A DNA stretch of 45,414 bases from a virus. Its lineage: Duplodnaviria > Caudoviricetes. Every line of letters begins with the position of its first letter. Within the stretch, counting starts at the first letter, position 1. Location of the stretch: the IMG/VR virus record IMGVR_UViG_3300037657_000018, positions 1 through 45,414 of that record; one strand, given 5' to 3'. This document shows, in pieces, positions 37,164-43,776 of the stretch. The translations under genes and the position numbers were made by a program. The notes beneath the pieces are model-generated. The model had not been told where the DNA came from. It did no database searches and saw only the letters and a program-made list of their open reading frames with translations.

Positions 37164-37552
37164 AAAGCTACAGCTTCACACTGATCGTCGGACATGTGGG
37201 CAGGGACCCGCGCGTCGGCGAGACGAACGGCGGTCGTAAGGTCGTGAACTTCGACGTGGCGACCAAGCGATCGTGGAAGGACTCATCGGACCAGTGGCAG
37301 GAGCGCGTCGAGTGGCACAAGTGCAACGCCTGGGCAACCGTGGCCGAGCATGCGTCGAAGCTCCGAAGCGGCGAGCCTGTCATGGTGGTCGGCGTCTACG
37401 AGACGAAGAAGTGGAAAACTCGCGAGGGGGTGGAGCGTGAAACCAAGGAGATCATGGCTTCGCTCGTGATGTCCCTGACCCAGCGCCAGCGCGACGATAC
37501 CCCGACTCCCGATGCTGGCTACGGCTTCGACGCCGACGACCCGCAGGTTTGA
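37160..37552 (+). CDS. ssb: Single-stranded DNA-binding protein
   Basis: IVGHVGRDP, FDVAT, EWH, acidic tail. Confidence 0.92.
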   Translation: MKSYSFTLIVGHVGRDPRVGETNGGRKVVNFDVATKRSWKDSSDQWQERVEWHKCNAWATVAEHASKLRSGEPVMVVGVYETKKWKTREGVERETKEIMASLVMSLTQRQRDDTPTPDAGYGFDADDPQV

Positions 37553-37581
37553 TTGACGGACTGCCTACGTTCGCGTATGCT
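37553..37581 (+). promoter_or_regulatory. Sigma70 promoter with no downstream CDS
   Basis: TTGACG-17 nt-TATGCT. Confidence 0.7.
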
Positions 37582-37588
37582 GTCGGCT

Positions 37589-37661
37589 GCGGCGGCCCGA
37601 GAGGTCGCGGGCCTGCTGTTGGAGCCGGGGGTGGACTCGACCATCCCCGGCTTCTTTTGTT
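37589..37661 (+). ncRNA. Candidate ~73-nt two-hairpin small RNA
   Basis: Bounded by the promoter above and an intrinsic terminator; 5' hairpin GCGGC-GGCCCG/CGGGCC-T-GCTGT. Confidence 0.55.
37621..37661 (+). terminator. Rho-independent terminator
   Basis: 14-bp stem GGAGCCGGGGGTGG/CCATCCCCGGCTTC followed by TTTTGTT. Confidence 0.85.
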
Positions 37662-37790
37662 GAGACTGTCTACGTCACCGAGAGTCTGGCCGGAATGGGT
37701 GCCGCCAGCCGCCGCCGGGGTCGCGCCGGCACCAGCCGCGTACCGTGCACCGTGTACTGTATACAATCGGACACCGGCCCCGTAAACGTA

Positions 37791-37817
37791 AGGGGCGGGC
37801 CAAGTTAGCCCGCCCCT
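37791..37817 (-). terminator. Hairpin ending the minus-strand operon
   Basis: Perfect 10-bp stem AGGGGCGGGC/GCCCGCCCCT; weak T-tract on the minus strand. Confidence 0.55.
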
Positions 37818-37839
37818 CGCGCGTCGGTATTTTCGCCTG

Positions 37840-38085
37840 CTACCTTCGCCGATGGATTGCCCGACAGGCCAGCGCCAGCAGCAGCGCCAGCGCGACGATA
37901 CGCGCGCCGCTGGCGCGCCCGAGCGCCCACAGGAGCGCCGCCAGCACCGCCAGCGCCGCACCAGCCAGCACCAGCCCCCACGCCACGCACCGGGCCACGC
38001 AGGCGGCCCAGCGCCACGCGGCCCAACCGTCAATCCCGTGCCAGCGCGCGAACGCGCTCAACTCGCGCCTGATTTTATCCGCCAT
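37840..38085 (-). CDS. Small membrane protein
   Basis: MADKIRRE...; two hydrophobic helices; overlaps the peptidase stop. Confidence 0.6.
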   Translation of the reverse strand: MADKIRRELSAFARWHGIDGWAAWRWAACVARCVAWGLVLAGAALAVLAALLWALGRASGARIVALALLLALACRAIHRRR

Positions 38086-38980
38086 ACTCGCCGCCCCCGT
38101 CCGTTTCATCGTCGCCAAAGCCGTGGATCAATTCCAGTTCGAGCGCGCGCTTGTCATCAATCGCCGCCTGGTCAAGATCGTCTTCCCATCCCAGCCCTTC
38201 GCCCTGCCACCATTCTTTTGACCAGCGCTCCGGCCCCTTGACCACTTTCCTGTTTTCACGCCAACGCGCCGCGCGTTCAAGTAGCACGGTTGCTGTTTCG
38301 TCCCCGGCGAACGGCGCGCGCCGGGAGAAACGCCGCCCCACGTTTGCGCGGAGGAACGCCTCGCACGCCTCTACTTGCGCGACGATATCGACGGTGAACG
38401 CCTCGCACCGTTCCGAATGCTCGTATCTATAGCCCACCCCGAGATTGAAACAGGAGACGGGCGAAGTGTCGGCCAATGCGCTAATGTCCGAGAACGTGCC
38501 CCGGTGGATCGTCAAGTAAGGCGCGAGATGTTTTTCCAGTTCGACGAACTCATAACACACCGCGCCCCGCTCCCGGCGATCAAGTTCAATGACAACATCA
38601 TACCGATCCAGCATACCGATACCAAGGCCCGTGATGGTACTGTCGCCGCTTTCCTCGCAGTCTGTAAACAGAACATCCGCCGGGCGGCCGGTCATGTCGG
38701 TCCAGTGCCACGCCAGCATTGCCCCGAGCCTGTCATCAAGAGCGCTGCAAACGATACGCTCAGGCGTGAGCTTGTGCACCACGCCGGACCCGAGATGATC
38801 CAAATGCGCCACCAGTAGCACGCGGCCGCCGCGCGAAACGTGGGCCAGAACGCCGCCATCCGCGCGCACCGTATACCAATCGCACGCGCGTGCAATGTCC
38901 ATCGCATCGGTTTCGCACCAGAGCGCCGCCTCACGAGTCAGCCGCCGCCGCCAGCGCCGTGGCATCCTATAGCAGTCCAT
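38075..38980 (-). CDS. M28/M20-like zinc peptidase
   Basis: VAHLD, ALDDRLG, FTDCEE, IELDR, FSDI, NLGVGY.YEH metal-ligand motifs; ATG 38980 after AGGAAGGGG. Confidence 0.85.
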   Translation of the reverse strand: MDCYRMPRRWRRRLTREAALWCETDAMDIARACDWYTVRADGGVLAHVSRGGRVLLVAHLDHLGSGVVHKLTPERIVCSALDDRLGAMLAWHWTDMTGRPADVLFTDCEESGDSTITGLGIGMLDRYDVVIELDRRERGAVCYEFVELEKHLAPYLTIHRGTFSDISALADTSPVSCFNLGVGYRYEHSERCEAFTVDIVAQVEACEAFLRANVGRRFSRRAPFAGDETATVLLERAARWRENRKVVKGPERWSKEWWQGEGLGWEDDLDQAAIDDKRALELELIHGFGDDETDGGGEYGG

Positions 38981-40514
38981 TGTCCGCCCCTTCCTGTTGT
39001 TCGTTCCGTGGCCACGCGGAGAGCGTGTTCCGTTGCGCGCCCAAGTAAAGCCGACAGTCCCAACACACGACATCACTACTCCACGAGTCGATTGCGCCCA
39101 CGGCCGCGCCCGTGACCAAGCCGAGGCAACGCTCGCAGCGCAGCAGCACCGCGAACGCTTGACGCTCGCACGACTCGCAATCGCAGCCGTTGGTGTAACC
39201 GAAATGAGCGCGCCGGAATTCCATCATCGGCCGCAAGTCATCGCACCAAGTCATGGCCGCTGTTGCCGCAGGAACGCACGTCTGGCAAACGCTTTGGTGC
39301 CCGACCGTGACAAGATCGTCACTGTCAACCCAGCGGCCGCACTCATCGCAGGTTTCATAATCGGCCGCGCGCGCGCAGTCTGGACAATACCAGCCGTCCC
39401 CATCGTCGTGCCCCTCGTCCGTATCGACATCACACCCGCAGCGCTGGCACTCAGGGTGCGCGCGCGCGTGACAGACCGCGCACCACACTTCTCCGTCATA
39501 CATAACCGCGTCATCGCCCCGGCAGCGGTCGCCGCAATTGGAGCATTCGTTTGACGGCCGCAGCGGCCCGCCTTCCGTGCTGTCAAGCGTCACACACATT
39601 AGGCCGGGCGCGCGCGCCGTGCTGGTGGACAGGCGCGCCGCGCTAACATCGTACCCGCCCAGCGCGCGCTTGTGTCCGATCAGGTATCGCAGGCTGTCAA
39701 CGTAGGGCAATTGGCAATCGTCCGGCAGGTCACCATCGCGCAGCGCGACAGAGAACGTATCCGCTTGAAGGAGCTTTCCCGTTGCCGTTGCGCGCGAGAA
39801 CGTGCCGCCCCCGGCGAAGTCACCCTCTTTGATCCAATAGCGATTGGCCAGCGCCCACGACTCTAGCATTGCAGACGGTACGCTGGAATTGCGCGGCGGA
39901 TAGATACGGTCCACCAGCAGCCCCTTGTCCGTTTCCCACAGCAGCGCGCGCGCCGTCTGGTCACCGTGGCGAACGACAGCCAAGCGGCAGCCGCCACGGT
40001 CAGAGATGTTAGCGTAGAGCGTGACCAGATCGCAGCATTCATCGGTCATGCACGAATGCCCGCCAATCTCGTTTCGGTACGCTTCAACGATTGCATCACC
40101 GGACAGCAACTCAACATCAGCCGAACCCACGCCATCGGTCAGTGACGAGAACACCAGCGACCAGTCACCAATGATGTCCGGCGGGAAAATTCCAGGCGCG
40201 GCCGTTGGCGCGACCACGGCCGACAGAAACCTTGACGGCCGATAGCGGACGCGCCTGCTATCGTCGCCCGCGTACCGTTGCACCGAGATCCAGCCGGGCG
40301 AGGTGTCCGAGATCCGCATACTGTCATTGGCCCACACCAGATCACGCACCGCGATGGACGCGCGGATCAATTGGCGGACCCGATCTTGGTGGCGCGCCTC
40401 CGCCTCTGTCAGGTCGACGTTGATCTTAAGCCGCGTGTACGCGGTATCAACCACTTGCCCGACGATTGAACACAAGGCCGCCCGCCGTCCCTCAGGAGTC
40501 AATTCGATAGACAT
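38967..40514 (-). CDS. Conserved phage protein with an SCM/ARALLW/DRIYP/PYVDS domain and tandem CxxC zinc-ribbon repeats
   Basis: 515 aa from MSIELT; many CxxC pairs in the C-terminal third. Confidence 0.8.
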   Translation of the reverse strand: MSIELTPEGRRAALCSIVGQVVDTAYTRLKINVDLTEAEARHQDRVRQLIRASIAVRDLVWANDSMRISDTSPGWISVQRYAGDDSRRVRYRPSRFLSAVVAPTAAPGIFPPDIIGDWSLVFSSLTDGVGSADVELLSGDAIVEAYRNEIGGHSCMTDECCDLVTLYANISDRGGCRLAVVRHGDQTARALLWETDKGLLVDRIYPPRNSSVPSAMLESWALANRYWIKEGDFAGGGTFSRATATGKLLQADTFSVALRDGDLPDDCQLPYVDSLRYLIGHKRALGGYDVSAARLSTSTARAPGLMCVTLDSTEGGPLRPSNECSNCGDRCRGDDAVMYDGEVWCAVCHARAHPECQRCGCDVDTDEGHDDGDGWYCPDCARAADYETCDECGRWVDSDDLVTVGHQSVCQTCVPAATAAMTWCDDLRPMMEFRRAHFGYTNGCDCESCERQAFAVLLRCERCLGLVTGAAVGAIDSWSSDVVCWDCRLYLGAQRNTLSAWPRNEQQEGADNGLL

Positions 40515-40527
40515 TGCCGCGCCCCCC

Positions 40528-40716
40528 CTAGTTATCCAGCGCGCCAGCGGCAGCGCAGGAGATGACACACACGCCCAGCGCCACCATTGACGCATCGGAC
40601 CACCCACGCGCGAAGCCGCTAGCGATACAGCACACCGCCAGCACGAGGAACCCAATCGCGGACCCGGCGAACACGTCACGAGCCACCGATTGCGCCAGCG
40701 CGCGCCGCCTAGTCAT
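40528..40716 (-). CDS. Small two-TM membrane protein
   Basis: Overlap coupling with the upstream ORF; hydrophobic. Confidence 0.55.
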   Translation of the reverse strand: MTRRRALAQSVARDVFAGSAIGFLVLAVCCIASGFARGWSDASMVALGVCVISCAAAGALDN

Positions 40717-41017
40717 GGCGCACCGCCTCGCGCGACGAATTGAAATAGCAGACCGACAGGGACGGCCCCTTGATCGACGCGGCCGCCAGCGCCAGCGCGC
40801 GCCGCATTCGCCTGCTGGTGGCCTCGCGCCCGCCCGGCAGCCCGACCATGATCACCGGCACCGACTCACGCAGAGCCGAGCCGCCGCCGTCCCACGGCCG
40901 TGCCCACAACTCCCGATAGCCAATCTCAACCATCCACTGGTGGCCCATCCGCGTCAGCGCATCGGCCACGCGCGCAGCCGCACCAATCGCGGCGGACTCA
41001 AGACCTTGAGACATCAT
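40709..41017 (-). CDS. Hypothetical protein, first gene of the minus-strand operon
   Basis: AAAGGGG RBS; directly downstream of the promoter. Confidence 0.6.
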   Translation of the reverse strand: MMSQGLESAAIGAAARVADALTRMGHQWMVEIGYRELWARPWDGGGSALRESVPVIMVGLPGGREATSRRMRRALALAAASIKGPSLSVCYFNSSREAVRHD

Positions 41018-41058
41018 TCCGAACCCCTTTCGTTTCGGTCAGTAGTATCCCCCGTGAC

Positions 41059-41087
41059 AGTATCGTCCAACTGGGCGCGGGCCTCAA
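41059..41087 (-). promoter_or_regulatory. Sigma70 promoter of the minus-strand operon
   Basis: Minus strand TTGAGG-17 nt-GATACT with an A-rich upstream tract (AAAAATAAC). Confidence 0.65.
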
Positions 41088-41230
41088 GTGTTATTTTTGC
41101 CTACCCTTGCCCAGCAGGCCGCAGGCCCAGCGCGCGACCCAGCCCGGCCGCGTAGTGTTAGCCTGGGTGGACACTATTACCCCGCGCGTATCGCGCGCGC
41201 GCCCGTTGGATATGAACGACAGGAGGAATC

Positions 41231-41668
41231 ATGTCGCGGTCCGTTGATCCCGAGTCGGATTCTAACGCTGGCCTGCCGGTTGTCCGGGCGGATCAGGGTG
41301 GAGAAGGGGAACGCTCCGCCGTGACGGCAGCGGACCGCCACCGCATCGACATCCGCCAGCAGTCGGACATTGCGCTGGCCGTTCGAGCGGTCAGGAAGCT
41401 ATTGCGGCAGCACGACTATGGCGCTGGCAAGGGCAGCCCCGCGTCCGCGCTGGCCTCGCTGGTGAAGGCCCTTGAGACGCTCCACGACCTTGAGGCAGGC
41501 CGGATCGGGCCTGTCAGCCTATCCCGGCGGGCCATCATCCTGTTGCCTGTCGAAGCCGCCACAATGGACGATTGGCAGGCTGGCGCGCGGCGGACCCTTG
41601 GCGAGTCGGCCACCGCCAGCGCGGCGGACGCCCTGCCGCCGTCCTATCGCGCCATTGACGACGATTGA
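41231..41668 (+). CDS. Probable terminase small subunit
   Basis: AGGAGG RBS; helical; C-terminal AIILLP...DDW pattern seen in TerS proteins; first gene of the late-oriented block. Confidence 0.5.
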   Translation: MSRSVDPESDSNAGLPVVRADQGGEGERSAVTAADRHRIDIRQQSDIALAVRAVRKLLRQHDYGAGKGSPASALASLVKALETLHDLEAGRIGPVSLSRRAIILLPVEAATMDDWQAGARRTLGESATASAADALPPSYRAIDDD

Positions 41669-41815
41669 CGCGAGAAGGCCCCTAGCTGGCCGCGTGCGGG
41701 GCGCTGGCCAGATAGGCAGGCATTGCCCTAGATGGCAGCCGGCGGGGCTCCTGTGAAAATCTAGGCCACAATACGGCGCCGTTTGCGCGCGCCCTGCGGG
41801 CACACGCAACCGGTG

Positions 41816-41914
41816 GCTCCGCTTCGCTTCGCCAACGCTCGCTTCGCTCGCTTGAAACCAAAAAGGATGCTCGCGACACAGGCAGACAGCGCTAACGCGC
41901 TGTGCCTGTTGTCG
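41816..41914. repeat. GCT(T)C tandem repeats and a long hairpin in the non-coding block
   Basis: gctccgcttcgcttcg...gctcgcttcgctcgct; hairpin 41874-41914. Confidence 0.6.
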
Positions 41915-42062
41915 TTCGCCGCCAATTCAGACCAGAGGCACGTTCTCATGGGGGTGGTGGGAGGTCTTCGGCCCTGCTTCAGATGTACACCATGTTCCCC
42001 CGCCAATTTTTCGCTGAAATTTGAAGCGTAGTGGATTTAATATTCTGCATTCTGCTATCCCG

Positions 42063-42232
42063 GTTATTCGTAACGTTACATGTTACATAACGTGTTATGC
42101 CTTGCGGCAGTCAACATCGTGTCATTTCAGCACTTGCCATTCTGTCAAAACGCGCACCACTGGGGTCAAAACGGGGTCGCGTAACGGACATGTCACATAA
42201 CATGTAACGTAACGAATAACGTAACGTGTTAC
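42063..42232. repeat. Two inverted arrays of 12-bp iteron-like units
   Basis: 42063-42086 matches the reverse complement of 42197-42220 at 22/24; GT(A/T)AC pentamers in a 12-bp period. Confidence 0.75.
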
Positions 42233-42329
42233 GCACCTGTAGGTGTGGCTGATGATAGCCCTTGCCGGAATCGGGTATTTTCTGTAGGGGTTGCTACGAG
42301 TTTGCGAACTCGGACGGGGGGTGTTGGCC

Positions 42330-42563
42330 ATGGATTGCCTGCGTTGCGGCTTTTTGATGGGTGTGCGCGAGGCTGGCGGGATGGAGTGCCGGCGTTGCGG
42401 CGAGGTTCTGAACGTTCCCGAGCCGGTGGTTTTGAACCGGGTAGGGGTGTTCGCGGGGCTGGTGGAGCCTGTGGTGGCTCGGGTGACGGTGGACGTGACC
42501 TTTGAGCCGGTGAAAGTGGGGGCCGGCGCCCCCGTTTCCGCACCCGGAGGTCGCCGGAAGTGA
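42330..42563 (+). CDS. Zinc-ribbon protein
   Basis: CLRC...CRRC. Confidence 0.65.
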   Translation: MDCLRCGFLMGVREAGGMECRRCGEVLNVPEPVVLNRVGVFAGLVEPVVARVTVDVTFEPVKVGAGAPVSAPGGRRK

Positions 42564-42913
42564 GTGGTCAGGAACTATTCACCCGGTTCTGCAGTCAGGC
42601 CGCCCCCGGCGATCACGGGATTGTGATCGTTCAGGACCCGGCCTATGCCGAGAAGCTGTTTCGGGAGGCGGCCGAGGTACCCGGCGCCGACGCGCGTGAG
42701 GCGCGTCGTGCTGTGCTGGATGGCCACGGCCGCAGCCTGATGTTCCGGGCCGTCGAGGTCCACGGTGACGCCCACCGGCTGGCCGGGATGAACTTCCAGT
42801 GGATGGAGCTGGAAGAGGAGCCCTACCTGTTCGCCTCCCCCCTCTCCGGTCGGCTGCGCACCTCGTCCCCTGACGGCAAGCTGTGGTTCAACGGCGAGCA
42901 GGTGGAGCGATGA
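42560..42913 (+). CDS. Stand-alone fragment resembling the TerL ATPase subdomain
   Basis: GTGA/ATGA coupling on both sides; aligns by eye to TerL around Walker B. Confidence 0.65.
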   Translation: MSGQELFTRFCSQAAPGDHGIVIVQDPAYAEKLFREAAEVPGADAREARRAVLDGHGRSLMFRAVEVHGDAHRLAGMNFQWMELEEEPYLFASPLSGRLRTSSPDGKLWFNGEQVER

Positions 42914-43347
42914 AGCGCAAGGATTGGTGCTGCCTGTGCGGCCAGGAGAAGTGCCAGTGCCCGCCGGTCGGCAAGGAGGGCCTACGGACGCTCGTCCCAG
43001 CCTGTGTGACCTGCGGCATGGCCATGGGGTGGGACCACGCCAGGTGGTGCGCCAAGAGCCGCCTGCGTGGCCTGACGGATCTCGTCCAGTGGGACGACTG
43101 CGTGATGCTGCCGGAGTCATCCCCGCTTGAGATCCCCCGCGCTGTGAGCCCTGAGCCCTCCGATCAGGAGTTTTCCCGCTGTTGGATGTGTCGGTGGTAT
43201 GACCCGAAGCATGTCGGCGCGAATCCGTCCGGGTTCTGTCGGCGTTACGCCCCGGTGGCCGGCGGGCCGCCCGAAGTTCGCCCCACCGACTGGTGCGGCG
43301 AGTTTGAACCAGCGGGCCAGGAGGCCCAGGAAGGTCGGAAGCCGTGA
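42910..43347 (+). CDS. Cys-rich protein (C..C...G.CRRYAP...DWCGEF family)
   Basis: Motif common in small phage proteins; overlap coupling. Confidence 0.7.
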   Translation: MKRKDWCCLCGQEKCQCPPVGKEGLRTLVPACVTCGMAMGWDHARWCAKSRLRGLTDLVQWDDCVMLPESSPLEIPRAVSPEPSDQEFSRCWMCRWYDPKHVGANPSGFCRRYAPVAGGPPEVRPTDWCGEFEPAGQEAQEGRKP

Positions 43348-43772
43348 GTGAGAAGATGCTCAACCGGGCGCTTTCAGTGGCGGCCGGTTTCCTGTTGGTG
43401 GTCCTGCTGCTGATGGCCACCGGTGCCAACGCCCAGTCGGTGTCCGAGAAGCCCCTGACCCACCCGCGCTGGGTGGCGGATGGCCCCGCTGTCGGCCAGT
43501 GGCTGATGACGCTGTCGCGCGCGGCCACCGACACGTCGAGCGACGGCCTGCGCGCCATCGAGTGCCATGCCGACACCGAGACGAAGTTCGTGGCGTACTG
43601 GTACCGCAAGGGCGCCGGGACCGACAAGCGGAAGTGGCCGATTCTCGGCGTGGGCCCAGCCGACACCTGCTACACGATCCCCGCCGGAGAGACGCGGACC
43701 TACACCTTCGACAAGCCGTTCGTCCAGTTCATCATCGTGACGAGCGGCGACGCCGTATTCGCCGGGGAGTAA
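43344..43772 (+). CDS. Signal-peptide protein, small beta-rich (possible spike base/adaptor)
   Basis: MSEKMLNRALSVAAGFLLVVLLLMATGANA (AxA site); LRAI...TIPAGET. Confidence 0.75.
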   Translation: MSEKMLNRALSVAAGFLLVVLLLMATGANAQSVSEKPLTHPRWVADGPAVGQWLMTLSRAATDTSSDGLRAIECHADTETKFVAYWYRKGAGTDKRKWPILGVGPADTCYTIPAGETRTYTFDKPFVQFIIVTSGDAVFAGE

Positions 43773-43776
43773 GCAC

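Noticed and set aside
37589-37661. tRNA gene
   Set aside because: Length fits, but there is no cloverleaf, TΨC loop or acceptor stem.
42063-42232. Repeat arrays as a CRISPR or mini-array
   Set aside because: Units are 12 bp, tandem and degenerate, with no unique spacers and no cas genes.
42122-42331. Minus-strand 69-aa ORF with VTxY repeats
   Set aside because: The periodicity is a by-product of the 12-bp DNA repeats; no RBS or operon context.
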